Assembly: GCA_951406725.2 (NCBI GenBank) | Contig: OX597816.1 | Location: 21,018,001-21,082,000 of the forward strand | Length of the DNA stretch: 64,000 nucleotides | DNA from: Octopus vulgaris | Taxonomy: Eukaryota | Reading direction: 5' to 3' | Shown: positions 48,250 to 61,212 of the stretch, piece by piece | How positions within the stretch are numbered: position 1 is the first letter of the stretch | Layout: every line of letters starts with the position of its first letter | Notes under the pieces: model-generated | Database searches by the model: none | What the model was told of the DNA's origin: nothing | The model's input: the letters and a program-made list of their open reading frames with translations, nothing else | Made by a program: the position numbers and the translations under genes

Positions 48250-51200
48250 CTGTGCTGAGAGTGGGGTGTGTGAATGCCCGTGGCCTAATATATTCTTGGA
48301 AGCAAGGTCACTTGCTCAACGATCTCAGGTCGCTTGATTTAGATGCAGCTGCCATTAGTGAAACAAGAATTTCTGGAAGGCATTCTTTAGCATCCGTTTT
48401 ACAAGATATTCTCACCCTGTGATCTATCGGGAACGGGTGACGGTGTAGCAGCGCTACTCCGGAAATTTTAGATCACTAAGTACAGGATATCTTCTTGGAT
48501 CTGGACGGTAAGGTGAAGGTCCTGAACGTAAATGGCAGCGAAGATGGCACCTGTAGATTGGAGAAAGTTTCCGCCCCGACAGGGGCTGGAAAGGTAGATT
48601 TCTTCAAGCGTCTAGAAACATTTTTTGGAATGTCTAACAGTGTAGTATTAGTGGAGGACTGAAATAGTTTCTTGGACTCACGGAAGGACTGTGAGATTAG
48701 AACATAGCAGAAGTGGGTGTAAAAACCTTCAGAACCTGCTCAGAAATTTCCAGCTACCTGACAAATACCGACTGGATTTTTCTTATATGTCAGTGTGGAC
48801 ATGAAGCAATCACAACTAGTCATTCAGATCGTATTTTGAGTATTTGTGAGAGGTTAACTGATAGGAATAGCATAGCTTATCTACAATTTAAATTGGTCCG
48901 CTACAAAGATCACAAATTTGCGATATGCACAGTCAATTTATATAGGACACGTAGGTAGGGACCCACTACACAGATCAGATTAACCAACTGGTCAAGCTGC
49001 AGATTAGCCAAATAATTAAGCAGCAGTTGACGGGGGCAATCGCCAACAACCGGTAGTGGATCACCCTGAAGAAGACGACTAGAATAGAATCGATATCATT
49101 TAGCAAAGAGTTAGCAATAGAAAGAATTAGAGGGAGAAATAGTTAGCGAACTAGAAGATGTGATGCGTTGTCAGAGATAAGAGCCAGTTGCTAAAATACG
49201 GAGGAAATAACACTGTCTGGTGGGCCCGAGTGGAACAGACGCGACGTGACCAGAAAGCCACGATCAAGTCTTTGAGAGATCAAGACAGGTTTGTGTTACT
49301 AGGTTCCGCGCAGATATGTACGGCTTCTAGCAGCAATTTGTGCGGTTCTTTTTGGAAGGTGATGGTCGACAACGGTAGCGGACTTTACCTCGCACCTGGA
49401 TGGACTACAGTGGCACTCGAAAAGATGATAATGGCCAGTGTAATATGGGAGATGATGAGCAATTGCATATGTAAATCGCCCATTTTGGACGGTCTGCCCT
49501 ATGAATTCTATGTATTCATACCAAAATTTCCTTAGCAGCCTTTTGGTAGGCATCTCCTGAAACTGGCAGCAGAACGGGAGAATTTCTAGTTCCGTTTGCT
49601 GAGGTGTGGCAATGCTGGCGAAACTAAACACCGACAACTGCGATGTGCTAGGGAATTTTCAGTCCTTAACAAAACACAGAATTTAAGATTTTGACCAAAG
49701 TGTTAGCGAAAAGATTGGCGCCTGTCACCGGTCGTTTGGCTGGGGAAATGCAAACGTGTGCAATTCCGCACAGGTGTATCCAGGACAACCTCCACCATAT
49801 GCGATACCTATGGGAAGAGAAAAAGCTGTCATTGAAAAGTCGAGCAGAGGTCGCCTCCCTCATCATTTATCACCGGACCGTCGTCCGTTGTCTAAGTTAC
49901 TGCTTGATTGGTTAAAATGTCCCTTGTTTATTTTGTTGAGGAAGTTGTACGCTCCAATGATCAGGTGGAAAATTTGCTGTCAGCTTCCATGGCTTTTGAT
50001 ACGCACACACACACTCATATTGCGTAACTTGCAACGATTTCTACCAAGAGAATATGTGTGGGCTCCGTTTGTGAGAAACAACATTCCGCAGATTGTCTTT
50101 TTGATGAAACTGCAGTCGTGGGTAGAGAATAGAATGAGACTAGACATCCCCTGCCTCCTATATTGTCTCCAGGCGCTCACTGTCCTTTACCTGATGGGAA
50201 ATAAGATTGGTGGATATTCCACTTTAGCCAAATATAGAGCATTAGTGACGATGATGAAGTCCTCGGGGAGACACCTAGCGTTGAGGGAAACGAACTGGAT
50301 TGTCTGTTCCGGAGGTCTTTCAGGTCGGAAACTTCTATGGATAATTTCCAGATGAATTTAGCCTGACAGGGTTATCGGATGGTGCTACCGGATGGTGCTA
50401 CCGGATGGTGCTACCGGATGGTGCTACCGGATGGTGCTACCGGATGGTGCTACCGGATGGTGCTACCGGTTCGTGATAGACTCTACAGGCTCGGATGTGC
50501 TATCAGATTGCCTTCTCCTCGGTACTCCTCGGAGCGACGAAACCGTTCTGAATGCACTCGTTCAGTGTCCGGGCATTGCTGACTCGTGGAGTTATGTCGA
50601 ATAGCTGCTGTCGCGTGTGGAACGGATCCGCCTGGCAGTCGAGTCACTAATGATGATTGCCACGCAGCTCTCCTTAAATAGGGCGGACAGGGCAGTTTCC
50701 CTTCGCCTGGTAGCTGTGGCGAAAGATGTTCTATGGTGGAATAGGCTGAAAGGAATGACGACCGAGACATTCCTCCTTGGTGGTAGCCCTCAACGACATT
50801 TTCAAGTTTTACATGAAAAGGAAAATGAGGGTGGAGAGGGAGGTGCTGTCTCCGAGTAAAGTTGCGAAAATGGTAAGAGTGGAGGTACTGCTCGAAGGAC
50901 TGTCTACAGACTTGTGATTCGAAAGCAATGCGTTGGAGAGGGTACTTGTCCTTGGGATTCAGGTAGCTATTGATTATCCCTAGTGGTCTCCTACAAGGAG
51001 AGGACCACACCACTATCATCTTTCTCCCCACTCTCACTAACACCCGTATTAGATATGAACTTCATTTCTTTTATCGGATACCCTGTATATCTTGCTTTTT
51101 CTTTTTTTCATCTTTCTATTGTCTCTAACCCCCTTACACACACACATACGTTCTTTATGTCTGTCGTTGTATTTCGCCCTCATTCTTCGCCCTGCCGGCA
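48250..51200 (+). mobile_element. Tx1/L1-clade LINE ORF2 (APE, partial RT, C-terminal Cys region, 3' UTR), degenerate
   Basis: GCVNARGL, AISETR, DHKF, KSPILDGLPYEFY, ILTKVLAKRL, QTCAIP.R.IQDN, LPVRDRL..DETV.NALVQCP. Confidence 0.8.
50376..50466. repeat. 13-bp minisatellite (cggatggtgctac) x7
   Basis: Seven perfect copies counted. Confidence 0.97.
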
Positions 51201-51236
51201 GGTAAGTGAAATCATCATCATCATTATTATTATCAA

Positions 51237-51420
51237 GCCGGCGAGCTGGCAGAATTGTTATCGTCCCGGTCAAAATGTTTAACGGCATTTTGTCCAACTT
51301 TACGTTCTGAGTTCAAATTCCGCCAAGTTTGACTTTGCAGTACATCCATTTGAGGTCGATAAAAAAGAAGCAGATGCGGGCTGATGCTGATGTAATCGAT
51401 TTCTCCCACTCACAAAACTC
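51237..51420 (+). mobile_element. Older tRNA-derived SINE, same head as 29086
   Basis: ggcgagctggcagaa...ttacgttctgagttcaaattccgcc...gactttgc...ggtcgataaa. Confidence 0.85.
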
Positions 51421-51759
51421 ATTGTGTGTATACACACACATATATATGTATGTGTTTGTGTATGCGCGTGTGTGTGTGTGTGATTGTGTATACGTAAACA
51501 TATATATATATATATTCTTTTATATGTTTCAATGCTCGAGCTCCGCCTGTAATCGAACAAATCGAATCGAGCACATATTCTTTGTAAGCTTAGAGCTTAT
51601 CGTATCGGATTCTGTTGCTGAACCGCTAATTTACCCTGGACATAAATACACCACCATCGGTTGTCAAGTGACAGTGGAGGGACAAACACACACACACACG
51701 CACATACATAACGATAACTTTATAATTTCATTAAACTGAAAAGTAATTTCGTTAAACCG

Positions 51760-52140
51760 AATAATAAGAGTATGACTGCAGGTGGAAGTCCACATGTAAC
51801 ACAGAGACCGAAGGAAAAATGTATTAACTAATTGATACACTTTGCTAAGATCTTCCAGTAAATCCTGTAGTTGACCCCTTGTTTTTTGAAGAACTACACA
51901 CTACTGGATAATTTGGTAATGTTTTATCTATTCCAGTGTCTGAAGCTAAAATGTGACTCTTGAATATTGCTTTCAAATTTCCCTCCGTGAGACCCACATA
52001 TCTCTTGGTTGAAGCTGTATTATTAGGGTTCGTGGAATTTACGGTGGTTTCATAAATAATGGCCTCGGTTATACAGGCATCATTTAGTGGCCACGAGTCT
52101 TTATTCATGCAGGAACTCAAAAAGTTGGAGTACTATAATG
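51760..52140 (-). mobile_element. Naiad-type PLE GIY-YIG fragment
   Basis: CMNKDSWPLNDAC...IIYETTVNS...KRYVGLTEGNLKA aligns with the 10441 ORF. Confidence 0.85.
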
Positions 52141-52238
52141 ACAACATTTAAGTGACTGTTGTGAATTATAACATATATAAATAATCCTTTATTTATTTAT
52201 TTAATATTGAGGTCTCATTATTTTGTTGTTAGTTTTAC

Positions 52239-52311
<73 letters not shown>

Positions 52312-52366
52312 TATTATTATTTTTATAATCATTATTATTATTTTTATTATTATTATTATTTTTTTA

Positions 52367-52397
<31 letters not shown>

Positions 52398-52418
52398 CCT
52401 TCATCATCATCATCATCA

Positions 52419-52453
<35 letters not shown>

Positions 52454-52507
52454 GTTATTATTATTATTATTGTTATTGTTGTTATTATTATTATCATCAT
52501 CACCATT

Positions 52508-52542
<35 letters not shown>

Positions 52543-52594
52543 CATCATCATCATCATCATTATTATTATTATTATTAATATTATTATTATTATG

Positions 52595-54250
52595 ATTTCT
52601 CCTCTCTTCAAATTTTCTCTTGGTATGATTTTCTAGATTACACACGTAAATTCACAGGTAAAATATGTATTTAAAAATTTGATAAATAATTAAATTCATG
52701 GTTGAATGTTGTTTTCACAGTGATAATGCTCTTCTCAATACATGAGCCGTCCCAGTTAAAACGATTTTTTAAACTACCTGTCGGGACGTTAAGCCTGGTG
52801 TCATTTTCAAATATGTTTCAGTACCTATTTTTAATTCCTAGAGATCCTACAATCACTGGTACTGTAGTCGCCTAGACATTTTTTCAATTTCTATTAGCAA
52901 GTCTTTATATTTACTGATCTTTTCAAATTCAATCGCCGCTATATTGTGATCGCAAGGAATACTCATGTCAAATAATAAACGCATCTTTTTTGGCTGATCT
53001 TTTATAATAATATCCGGTTTATTAGCTTGTATAGTTTTATTGGTATGTACGGGTAAGTCCCACACAAGCAATACATTTTCTTCTTCAGCCACAGTTTCAG
53101 GATGGTGTTTATACCATTTGTCAGCGGTTTTCATTTTATAATACCGACATATTGTCCAGTGTAAATACTAGCCGATTCTGTCATGTCCTGCTTTATATTC
53201 TACAGGTGCTAAGACTCTACACCCTAAGATTAGTTGGTCAATAGTTTCAATCTAATCGTTACAGAATCGGCATTTTGGGTCAGCTCCATTTTTTTATCAC
53301 ATTAACTTGGTAGTTCCGGGTTAATAAGCTTTGGTCTCGAGCAGCTAATGTGAAGCCTTCACTCTCTGCTTTTAGCCCTGAGCTTCGTATCTATTGGTGA
53401 GTGTGTTTCTGGTCGACATCAGTTTCTTTATGACGGGTCAGATACTTGCCATGCAGAGGTTTCTGTTCCAATCTGCGAGGTAATTCTTCCTGTGCTTTTG
53501 TATTTGCAATTAATTTTATTTACTTTGCAGCAGCAGTTGGCGCATTTCCTTCAACCTGATCAATCTAGTAGGTATCTAAGAGATCAGCAGCGAATTCTTT
53601 GCTCTCTTTCAGAATAGAGTGAAGTTTTTTCTGACTTTCATGTTTTTCAACATGTTTTAGCATCTAATCGTTGGTTGCTTCTAGGTATTTGGCCAGTCCG
53701 ATTGTGGTGGTTTTGTACGTAAGTTCAAGCTGGGTCAAACTTCGCCCTCCCTGAGCTCTTGGAAGGAAAAAACGATCCACGTCTGCCTTTGGATTGTGCA
53801 TCTTATTGCAAGTCAGTAGCTCGCGGATTTTTCCGTCAATTTTCGTTATTTCACTGGTATTCCAGTTAAGCACATTGAAGCTATAGAGAACAACAGGGAC
53901 TGCAAAGGTATTTATGGCTAAAACCTTATTAAATGCATTCAGCTCAGACTTCAGGGTTACTCGATCTCTTCTATAACATTCCTTCCCAACCTCCTCTTTC
54001 GTGCTTGCATGGTGGATACCAGAGCCTTCATTTACGACTAAGTATTTATTGGTTTGTTCCTGCTCAAGTTCCTTTATTACTCTTTCGACATCTAATTCGA
54101 TTGAACTTGACTTTACCAATTTCCCTTTCTTAAAACTGGCTTTGGCACACTTTTCAATGCCAAACTCCATCCTGATATCATTACTGAAACCTTTCACAGA
54201 ATGTAGTAGTCCTTCAAGCCCTTCATCATCTTTGCCATATCGTTTTAAAT
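52595..54250 (-). mobile_element. R4/Dong-clade LINE family 2, 5'-truncated, with (TAA)n-rich 3' flank at 52215-52595
   Basis: FSNDIRMEFGIEKCAK, GGRSL, AARDQ, RFC, NKPDIII..FDMSIP..EKISKYKDL, C-terminus IVLTGTAHVLRRALSL*. Confidence 0.9.
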
Positions 54251-54296
54251 CATTTTATTTTTATTATTGTGATAATAATAATAATAATAATAATAA

Positions 54297-54674
54297 GGGC
54301 CCCACCTGCAAGGTCATGGGATCCCACCTGCAAGGTCATGGGATCCCACCTGCAAGGCCATGGGGCCCCACCTGCAAGGTCATGGGCCCCCACCTGCAAG
54401 GTTATGGGACCCCACCTGCAAGGTCATGGGGCCCCACCTGCAAGGTCATGTGGCCCCACCTGCAAGATCATGGGGCCCCACCTGCAAGGTCATGGGGCCC
54501 CACCTGCAAGGTCATGTGCAGTTTATTTTGATATGAGATCAACATGTCGCGCACATATGGTTGTGATGCATATGTCTAGTGTACCCTTATCAGACGGGTA
54601 GTCATGATGTGTATACTGGGTTTCGTATATTTTACCCCAGTGTCACTTTGATGGCATGCACTGCTCTCTCACTC
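54297..54674 (+). mobile_element. 5'-truncated copy of the TAA-associated non-coding element, headed by a 22-bp x10 array (54297-54516)
   Basis: cacctgc at 54303 + 22n up to 54501; the remainder matches the reverse complement of 42899-43075. Confidence 0.85.
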
Positions 54675-54765
54675 AATAATAATAATAATAATAATGATAA
54701 TAATAATTATAAAATAATACTACTACTACTACTACTAATAATAATAATAATAATAATAATAATTA

Positions 54766-54799
<34 letters not shown>

Positions 54800-54934
54800 C
54801 ATTATTATTATTATTATTATTATTATCTTGATTATTATTATTATTATTATTATTATCATTATTATTATTATTATTATCATGATTATTATTATTATTATTA
54901 TTATTGTCATTATATAATTATTAATATATAATAA

Positions 54935-56130
54935 TTGCTTAAGGTGACAAGGTCTACGCGCGGGTGAGGTTGTGGTGGTTACATTCTGTTGCTTCCTTTG
55001 TGTTTCCTATCGCCATATTCTCCCTATTTGTTTCTCTATCCTTTCTTATTTTCCCACTCTCTTACACTTTCGTCTCTCGGACTTTCCCACGCTTTCTCTT
55101 CCTCTTTATCTTTCTCTATCTATCTCTCTGCCACTTATAAAAAATTTAAATTTCCGCGTTTAAATTACAAATCCGCTTCCATTTTACTATGTTGAAAATT
55201 TGATAGAAATCAGGCAAAATGTGTCCGATCTATACCACCAAGTGTCCCCCAAAATCAATAAAATCCCAGTTTTCACACCAAATCAACCACTTTAACGCCA
55301 CAAAACTTCTCCCAATCAATTCCCCCTCCCAAGTTACCCACTCCTGTAAATTTTAATCCCCTTCCAGCCGCATTTAGACCTCTTTTTACATAAAAATCCA
55401 ATTTGTGTCTACGTTCGCCTTAGAGCCCCCTTGAATCTTCTCACCATAGCAACCGCAACTCCCTGCCTCATCACGCCTTCTATGACTGTGTCAATTTTCA
55501 GCTCGATCTATCCACTGGTGGGCCGCCAACCTCTGTTGTAGCAAAGCGTGCACACAATTTTGACCCAAAGCCTCTTTTATATATATATAGATAGCAGAGA
55601 AACCCGATCTTGCTTGGGCCGGTCTTGCTCGGGATTAAAATAGTTTATCATTGTTTTATTCATTTTGGTATTATAACTCGATTTCATTCGGGTCTACGCA
55701 GGCCACATTTTAAAGCTGAGGAATTTTGCCCTAGAGGCCTCACCTTTCAATTGAGCAAACTCAACGTTGCCATGCAAGCTCGCCAGGACTTTTAACACAG
55801 GTGTGCAAATTTTCAACTGAATCCTACCCTATTTACTAACACTTTTGCCTGTATGTCTGCTTGTGAAATAACGTTTGCCCTTTTCACAAATATGTAGTAG
55901 GCTTACAGAGATACCGATCTTACTTGGGATTAAAATGGCATGGTTTTTCATTGTTTTACTTGTTTGGTTAGTATAAGCCGATAACATTCGGGTGTAATCG
56001 GGCCACATTTTATCTGATGAGATATTTTGTCCTAGAGGTCACGCCTATCATTTGCGGAAAAAAATAGTTGCCATGCAAACTCGCCAGCAGTTTTAACATA
56101 GGTGTGCATATTTTCAGCTCAACCGACCAC
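54935..56130 (-). mobile_element. Non-autonomous Helitron-like elements, including a diverged ~310-bp tandem pair (55592-55830, 55905-56130)
   Basis: Minus-strand 5' end tctatatatatataaaag at ~55590 and GC hairpin remnants (cccg...cggg) near ~54960 and ~55600-55635. The tandem similarity is read directly. Confidence 0.45.
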
Positions 56131-56245
56131 ATAATGCACACATAATATATATATACGCATTAAATATATATATGTAGATATATACGCATTATATATATGT
56201 GTATGTGTGTGTGTGTTTGTACGCATTATATATACAAATGTATAC

Positions 56246-56287
<42 letters not shown>

Positions 56288-56783
56288 CAGATATATACAC
56301 TTTGTATATATACATTATATATACATATTTATATATAGAACACACACATATATAAATTAACCCAATAAATATCTGATTCATAATATTTGTTCTCATGATT
56401 GTGTGGTAGTGGTGGCAATAAAAAAACTCTATGAATGCAGACATACGATCAGAGAGAGAGAAAGAGGGCGGAGGCGTTCGTGTAATAGCGACAGCACTGG
56501 CGAACGCGGCGGAGAAAGATAGTAGTATCTGTCAAACGGCCTTATTGAGAGAAAGTAATGGGAAGGGAGGAAACAGAAAGAGACAGAGGAAGATATGCAG
56601 ATAAGAGAATAAAAGGAGACTTGTCAAAGTGAGCGTTTTTTGACCTAGTAAACAAACCCTGTAAATTTTGGAATTAATTCGACGGGATCTAGTGACATTT
56701 AACCTATTCCAATTCCAAAACCAGACAAACAAATTTTTCGCATTTCAGATTAATAGATATTGATAATAATAATAATAATAATG

Positions 56784-56817
<34 letters not shown>

Positions 56818-56983
56818 TAATATTAATAATAATAATAATAAAGGCAAGAACAAAAGAATATTTATTTATAATTTTTTAGGCCAATAAATAAAGTGACCAT
56901 CCCTAAATACAAAATCTTTTTCAACACAAGATTTCTCAGCAGGAATCATGCAAATTCATACATATATATATATATATATGTGT

Positions 56984-57024
<41 letters not shown>

Positions 57025-57028
57025 TGTC

Positions 57029-57060
<32 letters not shown>

Positions 57061-57336
57061 CATATACATATGCATATACATATACATATATAAACACACA
57101 TTTACATACACACACACACACACACATATATATATAGTTGAATCTTACTGGAAGACAGAAGACGAAGACAGGTGTAGAAACAACAAGCAGCTGTATTAGT
57201 TTGACGCTCGAGAAAGTGAGAAATTATTTTACGTTTCGAGTGTATAAAGAGAAAATGAAAAGGGAGGGACGAGAAACAAGCTGGCGATTAGATAGACAAG
57301 TGGATTTATATATATATATATATATATTGATAGATT

Positions 57337-57413
<77 letters not shown>

Positions 57414-57445
57414 GTAGATAGATACATAGATACATAGATAGATAT

Positions 57446-58800
57446 GTTTATTTATTAGCCACACAGGGCTGCACACAGACGGGACAGATTACAAACTAGA
57501 AATTTTCTTTTGGGGGAGAGAAAAATATATAAAGGTAGGGTAGGTTTTCAATCAAAAGGGATCGCAAAAGGGAAAGCAGAAAGAAGGAGAAAAAAAGGAA
57601 AAGAAACAAAAAAACAACATAAATAAACGATCAATAGGGATCGTGTATCACAGTGTCAGGATAGATAAGTTTCTTTATTGGCCACACAGGGCTGCACACA
57701 GATGGGACAAATTACAAGGTAGAGCTTTTCTTTTGGGGGGATGAAAAAAAAACAAAAAACAAAAAACAAGAGAAACAAAAAAAAAGTGGCGTAGGCTTCG
57801 ATCAAAAGGGATCGTGAAAGGGAAAAAGGAAAAAAAGGAGGAAAAAGAAACAAAAGACAAGAAAAAGGAAAAAGAAGAAAAAAGAGGAAAAAAGGGGAAG
57901 AGGAAAAAATAACAAAAACGATTAATAGGGATCGTGTGTCACAGTATCATGATGTACGGTGCAAAGGGAAGAAGCAGATGAGGTTTATCCGTGGGAAGAA
58001 AAGCCTACGAAAAAGACCACGGTAACCTCGGTCAATATTGTTATATGTTACCACATTTGTTTGCAAGTGGGTAACCCTCTGTTTTCAATTTCAGTGTTCA
58101 TAGGACTAAGCTCAAGTTGGCTTCGTCATTCATACGTGCCATCCTTGCTACATTCACCCATCTTTTTTTAAAACATTCGCTAGACAAAACTTGCCTCTCT
58201 ACTCTCACTTTCCTTTTCAAGTAGTACTTCAAAAAGTTGAGAGATTGACCAGAGAGGAAAGTGTTTGTCTCCAATCCTTTCAGACCCGTCCACCAGATAC
58301 ATTCCTTCGCCATAGCCACAAGGATGATGAAAATAGCTCTTCCTTCCCGTTTGAAGGAAGCAGGCGTGACAATATTTACGATAGACTCAGCTGATAAACC
58401 GACTCGTCCCACACATGACAGTAGTTGTTCGACATAAGCCCACAGGTCGGAAATTGTTGGACACTGCACGCAGAACGGTTTCGTCGCTCTGACCGCATCT
58501 CGGGCAGGTCGGCCCCATGTTTCTCGAGCCGTGTCTGTAGAGATTATCCCGAACGGGTAGCGCTTCTCGGTAGCACTGCCAGGCCAGGGATCTTTGCAAG
58601 TTGTCCATGGGCCCTGGCCCGAACGTTGTCCCGAACAGGCGGGTCAGGTATTCCTCGTCGACGCCCAGGTTCGCCCCGAGCTCGTCGTCGTACCTTCCCT
58701 CCTCTAATCCCCTATAGAATGCTTTGGTTGTGATGTAGACACTCAAGGTCGACCCAGGACGGCAGAGTTGCTTGAGAACAACGCGACACTCTCGGTGCCA
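57446..58800 (-). mobile_element. Tx1/L1-clade LINE, 5'-truncated, duplicated 3' terminus, inserted in (TATC)n
   Basis: LAWQCYREALPVRD..CPRCGQSDETV..QCP. 3' UTR block gccacacagggctgcacacaga.gggaca present twice (57458, 57681). GATA tracts on both sides. Confidence 0.85.
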
Positions 58801-58811
58801 TATATATATAT

Positions 58812-58859
<48 letters not shown>

Positions 58860-58860
58860 G

Positions 58861-58923
<63 letters not shown>

Positions 58924-59520
58924 GACAAATGAAAGTTTTAAAACTAGTGTTTCATTGAAATTTAGATTTGTTCTCAGAATTTAGATGCAATGAGTCAAGT
59001 TTATTTTGTTTGTGGTAAGACATTTCTAGGAATTTAATTAGTCAAGCGAAAAATATTGTATATAGGTCAATATGTCTAAATGCATTCACTCACTTAATGG
59101 GTGTATATACACCAACGAGTACAGTGAGTCAACGAATGAATTGAGAAAGTTTACAATTGGTGTTTGTTAAGGTGTGGTCGAATTTGCAATATGTGTATGT
59201 GTATATGAGCGTATTTGTATGTGTATATGTGCGTAGCGAAAGGGTAAATGTGTTCTGTATATTTGATTGGCTATTCATGTATTACTCAGAAAGTCACAGC
59301 AGAATATTGCGTTCGCCATTGCACGTACCACATCAGTATCGTATAGTCCTCGGTTTGAAAATCCTCAGACTCAGAGAAAAGTAGAAAAAGAAAAAGAAGC
59401 ACATAGTGTGATATTGAAACAGGTAATCATTATCTCTACCTATCTATCTCTATGTGTCTTTCTCTCTGTCTCTCTACCTCTCTATCTTCTATCTATCTGT
59501 CTATCTATATCTCTATCTAC

Positions 59521-59605
<85 letters not shown>

Positions 59606-60562
59606 CATATATCTATCTATGTTTCAGTCTATTGTCCCCACCTGTCTCTCTATTAATATCAAGTTGAGATTAATAGATTTATGTAATGATTCTCCTGTTC
59701 ATTTATGACCCTCTCTAATTCTTAGATGTTCCAATATTTTGTCTTTACAATAGGCCATGCTTATATTAATACTACTCACACTTATATAATACTACTCACA
59801 CTTATCGCTTTCTTTTACGATGACCGATTTGTCATCTGTGATAATTAAGCCAATTCCTTTACTTCGTCTGTGTTTTGGAGCTTAGATTGCGTTGCATCGT
59901 CTAAATCTTTCTTACTGCCCAGACCCTTAAATATGTCAAGTAGAATTCATTTCTGATAATTAACTCATCATATATATTCTTATTGCTGAAGAATTCTATA
60001 AGACAGAGATGGCGACAAAATTGTTCAATGTCTGCTTTCAGTTCCATAAGATCAGAGGTGGTGAAGAGGTAAATTTGAGACGATTCTATAAAAGACCGAT
60101 TTCATTTTGGTTAAGGATTCTATTCGATAAATTATCATTTTAAGGACTATACGTTCTGAGGGTTTAATTTAATTTCTTTTCTCCGTGTGTAGGGACCAAT
60201 TGTAGTACGTTCACTTTAAAAAGGAATAGTAATATTATGTCCCTGTTTCTGAAGTCCTTGTTTCGAGGAAAAACTTAGCTAAGAGCATTAGATTCGTTGG
60301 AAGAATATAATAATAATAATCAAGGAAATATTTGATCGTACGCCATTCGTTATGATAGTGTATGTTGCAGTATCTAAACTTTTGTTGATGTATTTGAAAA
60401 CATATTTAATAGAGCTAAGAGTTGTAGAATTCAACATTGACTCATTAATCAGCCGAAACTTCGATGATGATACCGTTCTTGACTGAAGACTGAAGGCTTC
60501 GAATGTCCCGTCCGTGATTTTGTATCGGCTTCTTAATATTTTACGTCCTTGTCACAGTTTGT

Positions 60563-60639
<77 letters not shown>

Positions 60640-60737
60640 GGAAATGAAGAAAATACTGACAAATAATTGAAGTAATTTAAGTAATTTAATTAGGTGAATG
60701 TTCTTTTACCGGATGCGCATTTGTTATGCTTATCAAA

Positions 60738-60790
<53 letters not shown>

Positions 60791-60812
60791 CATATATATA
60801 TATATAAATATG

Positions 60813-60878
<66 letters not shown>

Positions 60879-61067
60879 GACAAACACATATAACACTGTT
60901 TCTGTCTTAGGAGTATGGCAAAAGAGATGAATAATGATATTTACAGAAATAACATAAAGTAACATTTTTTCGGACAATTTGTTCGACCTTCAAATCTTTA
61001 AGGTATCACTCCAGTATGGGCTCAGTCTACTAACTGAAACTAGAAAGAGAAAAAAGATAAACGGTTA

Positions 61068-61146
<79 letters not shown>

Positions 61147-61173
61147 TATATACGTATGTATAACTATATATAC

Positions 61174-61212
<39 letters not shown>

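Noticed and set aside
54297-54516. 22-bp, 23-bp and 13-bp arrays as CRISPR
   Set aside because: Head-to-tail with no spacers, eukaryotic context, no cas genes.
60445-60515. Hammerhead in gccgaaac...ctgaaga (and paralog 3325-3395)
   Set aside because: Core-like words are present but the stems do not pair convincingly.
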